Shown in pieces: positions 1 to 7,849 of a stretch of DNA of 34,664 nucleotides. The notes under the pieces were generated by a model. The model saw nothing but the letters and a program-made list of their open reading frames with translations. It was not told the DNA's origin and did no database searches. The DNA is from Rickettsiales bacterium (GTDB lineage: Bacteria > Pseudomonadota > Alphaproteobacteria > Rickettsiales > UBA8987): contig JAMHZE010000046.1 in assembly GCA_035909535.1 (NCBI GenBank), forward strand, positions 1-34,664, given 5' to 3'. Within the stretch, counting starts at the first letter, position 1, and each line of letters begins with the position of its first letter. The position numbers and the translations under genes are program-made.

Positions 1-580
1 GCGCATGCGTGCCGTATGCTGAGTCAAATATTCTGTTATAAGTACCCGCACCCTGCAATATTACATGGTTATTTCTTTGAAAAATATCAGGTGTTGTTAC
101 AACAAATCCCGGTGCAGCCCTCATAGCCATAATCCCCTTGCTATGAGGCCATTTTGCCCTGTCATAGGAGTCTATAGAAAAATCTATATCTTGAGGCGGC
201 AAGCTAACACCAAATTCTTCCTCCTTAAAGCCTATCGGCAGATAGAAGCCAGAATTATGTAAGTGCAGCCAGACACATATGTTTTCCTGACTTATCTTGC
301 CATCATTATTACCAGATATTATGTTAGGGCCACCGAAAATAGATTCATTACATTGAGGGAAAAAGCGCTCCGGCCTGCGTATATCTCCTGGAATACCATC
401 ATATTTTGTACGGAAAGTGTTCCATGCAAGAGTAAGGCTATTGAGCTCCTTTATAGTTACGCGCAACTGCGCCTGTTTTATAAGTTCCTGACCTTGCAGT
501 ACACCACCTACCAGCAGACCGATTATCACCAACACTATTGCAAGTTCTACAAGGGTAAAGCCTGTATGGTGATTTTTCAT
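1..580 (-). CDS. Prepilin-type N-terminal cleavage/methylation-domain protein (type IV pilin or T2SS pseudopilin-like); 3' end lies outside the window
   Basis: Absent from the supplied ORF track because it has no stop codon inside the window. The reverse complement of 580..2 reads ATG AAA AAT CAC CAT ACA GGC TTT ACC CTT GTA GAA CTT GCA..., giving MKNHHTG/FTLVELAIVLVIIGLLVGGVLQGQELIKQ... It stays open for all 193 codons to the window edge. It has a short leader, a G|F cleavage/methylation site, Glu at +5 and a roughly 20-aa hydrophobic helix, which together make a class III (prepilin) signal. Confidence 0.75.
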   Translation of the reverse strand, partial: MKNHHTGFTLVELAIVLVIIGLLVGGVLQGQELIKQAQLRVTIKELNSLTLAWNTFRTKYDGIPGDIRRPERFFPQCNESIFGGPNIISGNNDGKISQENICVWLHLHNSGFYLPIGFKEEEFGVSLPPQDIDFSIDSYDRAKWPHSKGIMAMRAAPGFVVTTPDIFQRNNHVILQGAGTYNRIFDSAYGTHA

Positions 581-585
581 TGCCG

Positions 586-1683
586 TTACCATCCGTTGCT
601 GAGTTTTGGGATATCGAAGCTGGAGAAGGAGTAGTGCTTTAGGAAGCGCTGGTCGGATTCATAGAACTGGCGGAGATCGGCGATGCCGTATTTAAGCATT
701 GCAAGACGCTCGATGCCCATGCCGAAAGCGAAGCCGCGATATTTGGTTGGGTCTATGCCGACATTTTTAAGTACGTTCGGGTGAACCATGCCGCAGCCTA
801 ATACTTCCAGCCAGTCATCGCCCTCACCTATTTTTATAACGCCGTTCTTGCGCGAGCAGCCGATATCAACTTCTGCCGATGGTTCGGTGAACGGGAAGAA
901 AGATGCGCGGAAACGCATTTTAAGGTTTTTAACACCGAAGAAAGTATCAACGAATTCCTGCAGGCAGCCTTTTAACATGCCCATATCTACGTTCTCATCT
1001 ATGTACAGGCCTTCTACCTGATGGAACATTGGCGAATGCGTCTGGTCTGAATCGCAGCGGAAAGTGCGTCCCGGCGCGATTATTTTAATAGGTGGCTTGG
1101 TATTTTCCATCGTGCGTATCTGTACCGGAGAGGTGTGAGTACGCAGCACGTATTTTTTATCCTCAGCGCCGCCATTGACGTAGAAGGTATCATGCATCTG
1201 ACGCGCCGGATGGTTTTCCGGAATGTTGAGCGCGGTGAAGTTGCGGTAGTCATCTTCTATCTCGGGGCCTTCTGCCACAGAGAAGCCCATATTGGCAAAA
1301 ATTTCGATAATCTCTTCAGTCACCTGTGTTACAGGGTGGATAGAACCGGCGCTTTCAGAGCGCACCGGAATGGTGACATCTATGAATTCTTTAGCCAGTT
1401 TTTCGTTCAGCGCGGCATCTTCCAGCTTTGCCTTTTTTTCATCAACTAGATTTGTAACGGCAATTTTAATTTCGTTCACCTTTGCGCCGAAGGACTTTTT
1501 CTCTTCCGGCGGGAGGGTGCCGAGCAACTTCATTTGAGAAGTGATAAGGCCGGATTTACCAAGATAATGTACGCGCAGCTGTTCAATAGACTGCAGATCT
1601 GCAGCCGTTGCGACATCTGCCGCGGCCTGTGCGGAAATTTGTTCAAGCGATAAATTTTCGGTCTGTTTTGCTGCTTCTGCCAT
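586..1683 (-). CDS. pheS: Phenylalanine--tRNA ligase alpha subunit
   Basis: 365-aa ORF with an N-terminal coiled-coil region and a class II aaRS core (…[12 protein letters not shown]…, …[10 protein letters not shown]…, …[16 protein letters not shown]…[10 protein letters not shown]…[18 protein letters not shown]). It sits downstream of rplT as in the canonical cluster. Confidence 0.97.
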   Translation of the reverse strand: MAEAAKQTENLSLEQISAQAAADVATAADLQSIEQLRVHYLGKSGLITSQMKLLGTLPPEEKKSFGAKVNEIKIAVTNLVDEKKAKLEDAALNEKLAKEFIDVTIPVRSESAGSIHPVTQVTEEIIEIFANMGFSVAEGPEIEDDYRNFTALNIPENHPARQMHDTFYVNGGAEDKKYVLRTHTSPVQIRTMENTKPPIKIIAPGRTFRCDSDQTHSPMFHQVEGLYIDENVDMGMLKGCLQEFVDTFFGVKNLKMRFRASFFPFTEPSAEVDIGCSRKNGVIKIGEGDDWLEVLGCGMVHPNVLKNVGIDPTKYRGFAFGMGIERLAMLKYGIADLRQFYESDQRFLKHYSFSSFDIPKLSNGW

Positions 1684-1689
1684 ATAGGG

Positions 1690-1695
1690 ATTATA
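1690..1695 (-). promoter_or_regulatory. Perfect TATAAT -10-like hexamer 6 nt upstream of the pheS ATG (possible leaderless start)
   Basis: The minus strand reads TACCATATAATCCCTATATGGCAGAA. TATAAT is followed by CCCTAT and then the ATG, with no Shine-Dalgarno-like purine run. The -35 region is poor. Confidence 0.25.
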
Positions 1696-1779
1696 TGGTA
1701 TTAAGATGTGGGGGAAAGTAGAAATTTAATATCAACCGACCCCGCGCATTGCTAACAGGGCCGGAATGATATTTATACC

Positions 1780-2172
1780 TTAGGCTGCTTTTTTGCCTTT
1801 AGGAGCAAAAGAAGCCTGAGAAAGAGCCGCTTTTACCTGATCTGCAACTGCAGTGAATGCAGCAGGATCTTCAACAGCTATCTGAGCCAGAACTTTACGG
1901 TCCAGGATGATGCCGGCAAGTTTAAGGCCGTGGATCATATCTGAATAAACAAGGCCGTTCAGACGTGCAGCAGCGTTGATACGCGCAACCCAAAGGTTAC
2001 GGAATGTACGCTTTTTGTTACGCCTGTCGCGGTATGCATATTGCAGACCTTTCTCGATCTTCTGGTTTGCAGGTATGAAGCAGTTATTAGAACGGCCAAC
2101 ATAGCCCTTAGACATTTTAAGTATTTTTTTATGACGTTTCTTCGTCATTAATCCGCCTTTTACGCGTGCCAT
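1780..2172 (-). CDS. rplT: 50S ribosomal protein L20
   Basis: 130-aa basic protein MARVKGG…[14 protein letters not shown]…[25 protein letters not shown]…, a typical L20. A GGAG sits 8 nt upstream of the ATG. Confidence 0.97.
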   Translation of the reverse strand: MARVKGGLMTKKRHKKILKMSKGYVGRSNNCFIPANQKIEKGLQYAYRDRRNKKRTFRNLWVARINAAARLNGLVYSDMIHGLKLAGIILDRKVLAQIAVEDPAAFTAVADQVKAALSQASFAPKGKKAA

Positions 2173-2217
2173 AATATTTCTCCGTTTAAAATTTTGTTAT
2201 TGCCTGGTGGTTATTGT

Positions 2218-2418
2218 TTACAGACCGTATGGTGTAAACTTCCTGATGATGTTAGCATCTGCCTCGTTCAGGATTGTTGTGCCGCGTTGGCGACGGATCT
2301 GAGATTTTTGGCGTTTTCTCATGTTGTGACGTTTGCCGGCCTGGGAGGCAACTACCTTGCCCGTTCCGGTCATCTTGAAGCGCTTTTTAACGCTCGATTT
2401 GGTCTTCAGTTTTGGCAT
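2218..2418 (-). CDS. rpmI: 50S ribosomal protein L35
   Basis: [22 protein letters not shown]… is a canonical L35 N-terminus. I place the start at the ATG at 2418 (GGAGAATAAAATG, with an SD 6 nt upstream). The ATG at 2430 given in the ORF track lies inside that SD. Confidence 0.93.
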   Translation of the reverse strand: MPKLKTKSSVKKRFKMTGTGKVVASQAGKRHNMRKRQKSQIRRQRGTTILNEADANIIRKFTPYGL

Positions 2419-2459
2419 TTTATTCTCCAATTAGAGGTTATTCACCACGCAAGGCAGCC

Positions 2460-2488
2460 ATTATGTGGATATATACAATATATATCAA
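2460..2488 (-). promoter_or_regulatory. Putative sigma70-type promoter for rpmI-rplT(-pheS)
   Basis: The minus strand reads TTGATA-(17 nt)-CATAAT: the -35 is the reverse complement of 2483..2488 and the -10 is the reverse complement of 2460..2465. It lies about 40 nt upstream of the rpmI ATG in the 146-nt intergenic gap. Confidence 0.35.
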
Positions 2489-2564
2489 GCACTTGCTGTG
2501 GGCCCGAATGAACGGGAAGCGGAATATAGCCAATTTAGGGGGGAATGCAAGGGGTTTTTGCGGT

Positions 2565-4241
2565 TTATATGACTATACCATCTCCCAATATCTTGGAGAT
2601 ATCGGTATATAGCGGGGTGCCGCCACCGTAACGGGCAAATGAAAGCGTACCGGTAAAGCCGTAAGCTATTGCAGTTTCGTTGAAAATTCCGGTCAGCTCG
2701 TCCATAAAACTATCATCTACCGGGTTTTCTGTTTTAAGCACGACATCCATACTATTAACCTTACCGCGATTGCCGGCATACAGACCTTCTATGGCGATAC
2801 GGCCAAGAGCGTCCTGCTCGAGCTCGAGCACGAATTTACGTTTGCCTTTAAAGTTTTGCGGGTCGCCATCCGGATCGCGCTGCACCTGAACTGTTACGAA
2901 TGAGAGCTTGTTGCCATCGTAGAACGGTATCATGTAACTGTTCCATTCCAGATTTACCGGCTGGTCACCCCTGCCAATGAAATTACGCAACATGCCGAAT
3001 ACATCACGCAGGCGGCCAAATGTGGCATCTGATTCATGCAGGCGGTTGATAAGCAACTGGCCATCTTCGCCCAGCCAACCTTCCGGATTACCGGTTGCGG
3101 AACCGGAAAGGAACATAAGCTGACGCACATAGGCGGCTTTATCATCCGGATGCGGGAAGAAACGCTGCACATTTGCCGCCAGTGCCTGACTTGAATTGAG
3201 CAGACGCAGAAGATTTTGTAATGGAGAATCTGCGGCCTCGAGCGTTAAACGTAACGCCTGAAGATTGGTAGGATTGAGATTGAGCAATGTGTTTGCCGGA
3301 TTTGCCGTAGGCTGAGTTTGAGTTGTTGCAGGCCCTGTGATAGTGAACTGCACCTGCGAACCGTTAGGTACATTGGCAAGGTTTGGTACACGGAAAGAGC
3401 CGAGCTCTGTACGGATGAGCGCCTCTTTCGCCTCCGGGAATATTTCTACCTGACCACGTATGATAAGATTTTGCAGCGCAGGCTGACCGGGTTGTTGCTG
3501 GGTTTGCACCGGCTGCGCAGGGTTAGTGGCATTAGGCACATTGGTTGGAACCTGACCTTGCGGCAATGGCTGTGTCTGAGGCTGACCTGTAGGCAACTGT
3601 ACAAGCTGCTGGCCCGTTGGCGTTACCAGAGAGTTTATCTGGATATTAAAACTGTTCTGCGTGTTAAGGTTAAGATTCTGTAGTGTTTGAGGAAGCAGTG
3701 GACGAGTGGTTTCCGACAGATTGCCAGTGAACGCATTGACATTATTCACCGGCAGGAAATTACGTACCACCTGATCTCCGGTTTGCTGAGTTGTAATATT
3801 CTGCGTTGCCTGCGTGTTTAAGTTCTGTAGCGGAATATCTGCGGTGAAACGTTGTAGCTGCGGATTGGCAACCTGCACATTGGGCTGGCTTATCTGCCCC
3901 TGCAATTGCAACACCGGACGGCCATCTTTCAGCACAACATTCTGCTGCTGCACCTGTACATTTATGTTCTGGTTTCTATCAAGCGGGAAGGCTGTTTTTA
4001 AAAGAACTTCCTGCTGGCCGGAAATGAAATTTGCAAGCTGCGGTATCTGCACGCGTATAGCCCCCTGCTCTGGCGTTACAGTGCGCGATGCAGATTGCTG
4101 GTTAACAAGGCTTTGTACCTGTTGCGATAGTTTATCTATCTGGCTGCGCGCCAGATTGACCAGCGAATCAAAATTCGCGGATGATGATGGCGTTGCAGGA
4201 GCCCTGCCACCTATAAGATTATTTATGTTGAATTCAGCCAT
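2565..4241 (-). CDS. Q/N/P/T-rich protein with a FliK-like (hook-length-control-like) C-terminal domain; function unknown
   Basis: 558-aa ORF. Residues about 40-330 are low complexity (runs such as QVQQQNV and PTGQPQTQPLPQGQVPTNVPNATNPAQPVQTQQQPGQP, plus a recurring LQNL motif). The C-terminal 200 aa or so has ordinary composition. The segment KFVLELEQDALGRIAIEGLY…VVLKTENPVDDSFMDELTGIFNETAIAYGFTGTLSF has the same pattern as the FliK C-terminal Flg_hook domain (…L.L.P..LG.v.i.l… then v.l....p.v...l...l..l...l...G..l..l.f). Confidence 0.6.
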   Translation of the reverse strand: MAEFNINNLIGGRAPATPSSSANFDSLVNLARSQIDKLSQQVQSLVNQQSASRTVTPEQGAIRVQIPQLANFISGQQEVLLKTAFPLDRNQNINVQVQQQNVVLKDGRPVLQLQGQISQPNVQVANPQLQRFTADIPLQNLNTQATQNITTQQTGDQVVRNFLPVNNVNAFTGNLSETTRPLLPQTLQNLNLNTQNSFNIQINSLVTPTGQQLVQLPTGQPQTQPLPQGQVPTNVPNATNPAQPVQTQQQPGQPALQNLIIRGQVEIFPEAKEALIRTELGSFRVPNLANVPNGSQVQFTITGPATTQTQPTANPANTLLNLNPTNLQALRLTLEAADSPLQNLLRLLNSSQALAANVQRFFPHPDDKAAYVRQLMFLSGSATGNPEGWLGEDGQLLINRLHESDATFGRLRDVFGMLRNFIGRGDQPVNLEWNSYMIPFYDGNKLSFVTVQVQRDPDGDPQNFKGKRKFVLELEQDALGRIAIEGLYAGNRGKVNSMDVVLKTENPVDDSFMDELTGIFNETAIAYGFTGTLSFARYGGGTPLYTDISKILGDGIVI

Positions 4242-4304
4242 TTAGCCTGCCTGTAATTGCTATTTTACTTTCTAAAACATCAACAAGCAATGTGTTTTAA
4301 AGGC

Positions 4305-4562
4305 CTATTGTGCAGGCGGGGCATCAGCAGGCTGAGCTATGCTTCTTTCTGCTATCTCCTGCGGGGAAAATACTGATTTTGTGACTATATTCACGGCCTC
4401 TACCTTATGCGGGCTTACTACGCCAGATTTCTGTATAGCTTCAAACGCCGTGTCGGCTTCAACCAGTTTAAAGTTATTTTTGTCGCTATACACCCTGTAC
4501 CCTCTTGTACCCTTTTGGGTGACGGTCTTTTCCTTCAGGTAAAGATCATTCAGGTCTGCCAT
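4305..4562 (-). CDS. Hypothetical small protein (85 aa)
   Basis: It has the same orientation as both neighbours, starting 10 nt after the metC stop and ending 63 nt before the Q-rich gene. Its composition looks protein-like (MADLNDLYLKEKTVTQKGTRGYRVYSDKNNFKLVEADTAFEAIQKSG…). No SD is seen and I recognise no family. Confidence 0.5.
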   Translation of the reverse strand: MADLNDLYLKEKTVTQKGTRGYRVYSDKNNFKLVEADTAFEAIQKSGVVSPHKVEAVNIVTKSVFSPQEIAERSIAQPADAPPAQ

Positions 4563-4572
4563 AACACGAAAA

Positions 4573-5772
4573 CTATTTTAAAAGACGCTTAAACCCCTGC
4601 TCAAGGTCTGCGATGATATCGTCTACATCTTCAAGGCCTATATAATATCTTATCACATCCGTATCATATTTCCCAGCGGTAACACTGCGCGCGATATCTA
4701 TATTTAAAACACGAACAAGACTTTCATATCCGCCCCATGATGCACCTATCGCAAACAGATCGTAGTTGTCTATCATTTTAGATAATTTTTTCTTACCGTA
4801 TTTTTTATCGAGCACGATGGAGAATAACGGAGTGGTTCCGGTGAAGTCGCGCTTCCAGAATTTATAGCCTTTATACTTATTGTATGAAGGACAAAGTATC
4901 TGCTTTACGCATTTTACCGTTGAGAGATATTGTATCACCCTTTCAAGCGAGCGGCGCTGATATTCCAGACGCGCATTCATTGTACGCATACCGCGCAGTG
5001 CCATGTAGCAATCATACGGAGAAACATACAGACCCATATTACGGAAGGTTTTATATATGGCTTCTGCCGGCTTGCCGTTTGCAGTTATGGAACCCATAAG
5101 AAGATCTGCATGGCCGTTCATGTACTTGGTGATGGCGTGAATGGAGACATCTATGCCCTTTTCAAGCGGGCTTAAGTAAAGCGGGCTTGCCCATGAGTTA
5201 TCTATGGCGGTGAGCAGCTTTTTCTTCTTCGCAAGCTTTACTATGCCTTCTATGTCCTGCATCTCGAAAGTGAGAGATGAAGGAGATTCCATGAAGATAA
5301 GCTTTGTATTCGGGCGGATGAGTTTTTCGAGCGCCTGCGGAGTTATCTCCGGATCGTAATATGTAGTTTCAATGCCGAAAGATTTTAGTGTGTTGTTGCA
5401 CAGCCTGCGCGTTGGGCCATAGCCTGCATCTGTTATCAGAAGGTGGTCGCCGGATTTCAGCAGCGCTTGAAGTACCACCGCTATTGCCGCAAGACCTGTT
5501 GGTGCAAGCAGGCACATATCACCGCCTTCCAGATCGCGGATAACCTCTTGCAAAGCGAAGGTTGTTTGGTTGCCTGTTATGCCGTAAGCGGCCTCGGTGA
5601 TTGTGGAATCGAACATCGGTTCGTAGAATACCTCACCTTTTTCTGCGTTATCGAAGGCTTCTATGGTAGGGAATATAAGTGTAGAAGAGGAAACAATAGG
5701 CGGGTTTACCGTACCATGATGCTTTACCGAATTTCTGCCTTTATGTACAAGTCTGGTAGATTTTTTCATCAC
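4573..5772 (-). CDS. metC: Cystathionine beta-lyase (PLP-dependent Cys/Met metabolism family)
   Basis: 399 aa. The N-terminus …TRLVHKGR…HGTVNPPIVSSSTLIFPTIEAF… and the PLP-lysine motif …SIHAITKYMNGHADLLMG… are typical of MetC-type enzymes. The beta-lyase versus gamma-synthase assignment rests on the N-terminal pattern. Confidence 0.85.
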   Translation of the reverse strand: MMKKSTRLVHKGRNSVKHHGTVNPPIVSSSTLIFPTIEAFDNAEKGEVFYEPMFDSTITEAAYGITGNQTTFALQEVIRDLEGGDMCLLAPTGLAAIAVVLQALLKSGDHLLITDAGYGPTRRLCNNTLKSFGIETTYYDPEITPQALEKLIRPNTKLIFMESPSSLTFEMQDIEGIVKLAKKKKLLTAIDNSWASPLYLSPLEKGIDVSIHAITKYMNGHADLLMGSITANGKPAEAIYKTFRNMGLYVSPYDCYMALRGMRTMNARLEYQRRSLERVIQYLSTVKCVKQILCPSYNKYKGYKFWKRDFTGTTPLFSIVLDKKYGKKKLSKMIDNYDLFAIGASWGGYESLVRVLNIDIARSVTAGKYDTDVIRYYIGLEDVDDIIADLEQGFKRLLK

Positions 5773-5824
5773 AGAACTCCTCTTTGACGAATCGATAGAT
5801 AATACTCGCAGGAATATTTATCAA

Positions 5825-6286
5825 TCAAAAAGCTCGCCACGATATACCAACCACTACAAGATTTACTTTGCCACTGACACCGCTGAAAGGAAGAACGCAA
5901 TCGCGATATTTTACCACCCTGCCCTTACCATTGATGAACTGACCTTGGGATACGGTAGGTTTTCTTCCATCAACAGATTCATCCAGTACTTTTATGAAAT
6001 CACGACTTACTATTCCACCGGTTTCAAGAGAGCTGAAGTATTTATCTTTGAGGTCTTTACCGAGGCCGGCCTTCAGGTTATCGCCAACAAACTCACAAAA
6101 ATATATGTTCTTACCGGCGGTTTCGGTTACCTTAAAGGAAAGACAATGCTGCCAGACATCTTCTATCATGGCACCAGAAAAGCTACCAGATTCAGGTAGT
6201 TCGGCATCACCGCGCACCCGATTCCAGAAACCCTGCATTCTGTCTACCAGCCTTTTTGAATATATATTCTCGTTAACAGAAAGCAT
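5825..6286 (-). CDS. Stand-alone PAS-like domain protein (alphaproteobacterial PAS_5-type), function unknown
   Basis: 153 aa with no TM segment and no output domain. The pattern …W..vrG…LP.r..f….i…lp….l……f.c.f.G..l…lG.d..g…s………….v…..P………g…r.y….LPl… resembles small PAS-fold proteins common in alphaproteobacteria. Confidence 0.55.
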   Translation of the reverse strand: MLSVNENIYSKRLVDRMQGFWNRVRGDAELPESGSFSGAMIEDVWQHCLSFKVTETAGKNIYFCEFVGDNLKAGLGKDLKDKYFSSLETGGIVSRDFIKVLDESVDGRKPTVSQGQFINGKGRVVKYRDCVLPFSGVSGKVNLVVVGISWRAF

Positions 6287-6353
6287 AAAATAATTGTTCC
6301 ATTTTTGTGATTTATGGCTATTTTACACAGCAAATCAGCAAGGACAACTTATT

Positions 6354-7667
6354 ATGGCAAATGCAAATACAATGAAACAGATAAAAGCAGACTACAAAGT
6401 AAAAGATATAGCACTGGCAGCAGAAGGCCGCAGGCTTATAGAACTGGCAGAGTCGGAAATGCCGGGGCTGATGTCTTTGCGTACTGAGTATGGTAAAAGC
6501 CAGCCACTTAAAGGTGCTAATATAATAGGCTGCCTGCACATGACAGTTGAGACCGCTGTGCTTATTGAGACACTTACCGCTCTGGGCGCAAATGTTCGCT
6601 GGAGCTCATGCAATATATTTTCCACCAATGATTATGCTGCCGCTGCGGTTGCCGCTGCAGGTACTCCGGTATTTGCATGGAAAGGCGAAACAGAAGAAGA
6701 ATTCAACTGGTGCATAGACCAGACCATTGAAGCAGAAGGCTGGGAACCAAATATAATACTTGATGATGGTGGCGACGCAACTGCTGCTGTTCTTGGCAAG
6801 TTCAACAAACTGATCCCACAGATAACAGGTGTTTCTGAGGAGACCACAACAGGCGTTCACCGTCTGCGTGAGCTGGAGAAAATTGGCAAGCTGCCATTCC
6901 CTGCTATCAACGTGAATGATTCTGTTACTAAATCGAAATTCGATAACCTGTATGGCTGCCGCGAAAGCCTGCTTGATGGTATCAAGCGCGCTACCGACGT
7001 TATGATAGCCGGTAAGGTTGCTGTAGTTGCCGGTTTCGGCGATGTGGGTAAAGGCTCTGCCGCTGCTCTGCGCGGACAAGGTGCAACTGTTATGATAACT
7101 GAGATAGATCCTATCTGCGCACTTCAGGCCGGTATGGAAGGTTATCGCGTTGTAACAATGGAAGATGCAGTTAAGACCGCTGATATATTTGTTACTGCAA
7201 CAGGTAACATAGATGTAATTACTCGCAAACACATGGAGCAGATGAAAGATCGCGCTATTGTTTGCAACATCGGCCACTTTGATAACGAGATAGATATTGC
7301 CGGTATACGTAATTGCAAATGGCGCAATATAAAACCACAGGTAGATGAAGTTACTATGCCTGGCGGTAACCGCATTATTGTACTTGCAGAAGGCAGACTG
7401 GTGAACCTTGGCTGTGCTACAGGCCACCCTGCATTTGTGATGAGCAACTCTTTCACTAACCAGGTTCTGGCGCAGATAGAACTTTGGGTAAACGGCAAGA
7501 ACTACGAGAACAAAGTTTATGTTCTGCCGAAACATCTTGATGAAAAAGTAGCAAACCTGCACCTTGAAAAGATAGGCGCTAAGCTTACTAAGCTGAGCAA
7601 AGAACAGGCTGAATATATAAGTGTTCCTCAGGCTGGTCCGTTCAAGCAAGATACTTACAGATACTAA
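6354..7667 (+). CDS. ahcY: Adenosylhomocysteinase (S-adenosyl-L-homocysteine hydrolase)
   Basis: …[28 protein letters not shown]…, …[16 protein letters not shown]…, the NAD-binding motif …[12 protein letters not shown]… and …[11 protein letters not shown]…. I place the start at the ATG at 6354 (AAGGA 8 nt upstream). The extension to 6294 in the ORF track adds a non-conserved hydrophobic leader. Confidence 0.95.
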   Translation: MANANTMKQIKADYKVKDIALAAEGRRLIELAESEMPGLMSLRTEYGKSQPLKGANIIGCLHMTVETAVLIETLTALGANVRWSSCNIFSTNDYAAAAVAAAGTPVFAWKGETEEEFNWCIDQTIEAEGWEPNIILDDGGDATAAVLGKFNKLIPQITGVSEETTTGVHRLRELEKIGKLPFPAINVNDSVTKSKFDNLYGCRESLLDGIKRATDVMIAGKVAVVAGFGDVGKGSAAALRGQGATVMITEIDPICALQAGMEGYRVVTMEDAVKTADIFVTATGNIDVITRKHMEQMKDRAIVCNIGHFDNEIDIAGIRNCKWRNIKPQVDEVTMPGGNRIIVLAEGRLVNLGCATGHPAFVMSNSFTNQVLAQIELWVNGKNYENKVYVLPKHLDEKVANLHLEKIGAKLTKLSKEQAEYISVPQAGPFKQDTYRY

Positions 7668-7849
7668 CAGCTGCTGGCAGGCGCTGTTAAAAGGCCTGCT
7701 GCGCTCGTTGCAAATTTGTCAAATCAGGTTGATTTTGCCGTAAGTGACCGAATTTCATCAAAGTTTCTGTTGCACTATGGCTTACGTAGCCTTATTTATT
7801 GATGAATATTTAAGAAATTATTAATAATATCAAAAATTTTATATTTCCT

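Noticed and set aside
65-634. Plus-strand ORFs 65..262 and 263..634 from the ORF track.
   Set aside because: Their translations are low quality (Cys/Tyr/Arg-rich, no recognisable motif). They lie exactly antisense to the pilin-like ORF (1..580, -), which has a textbook prepilin N-terminus, and 263..634 would also overlap the pheS 3' end.
2565-4241. Whether the Q-rich 558-aa ORF is an artefact of low-complexity DNA rather than a gene.
   Set aside because: It is the only long ORF across 1.7 kb in a genome with almost no non-coding DNA. It has a plausible start context, and its C-terminal 200 aa or so have normal, domain-like composition. I keep it as a CDS with moderate confidence.
6287-6353. 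Possible SAH riboswitch upstream of ahcY.
   Set aside because: Only 67 nt separate ahcY from the divergent PAS-like gene. I see no extended GC-rich pseudoknot-forming stems like those of SAH riboswitches, and the space is needed for two promoters. A covariance-model scan (Rfam SAH_riboswitch) would settle it.
6606-7649. 347-aa minus-strand ORF antisense to ahcY.
   Set aside because: ahcY on the plus strand is unambiguous (NAD-binding and catalytic motifs). The antisense translation is Cys/Phe/Tyr/Asn-rich with no motif. It is a typical shadow ORF produced by codon bias.
7677-7699. Hairpin GCAGGC-(11 nt)-GCCTGC starting 10 nt after the ahcY stop, considered as an intrinsic terminator.
   Set aside because: The stem is real in the sequence, but the loop is long and no T/U tract follows (GCGCTCGTTGCAAATT). 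It is not a canonical intrinsic terminator, so I do not report it as a feature. It could still be an RNA-stabilising or Rho-related element.
7708-7722. Imperfect palindrome TTGCAAATTTGTCAA upstream of the MarR gene, considered as a possible operator.
   Set aside because: Only 5 of 7 arm positions pair, the region is AT-rich so such near-palindromes arise by chance, and it lies about 130 nt from the start codon. Evidence is insufficient.
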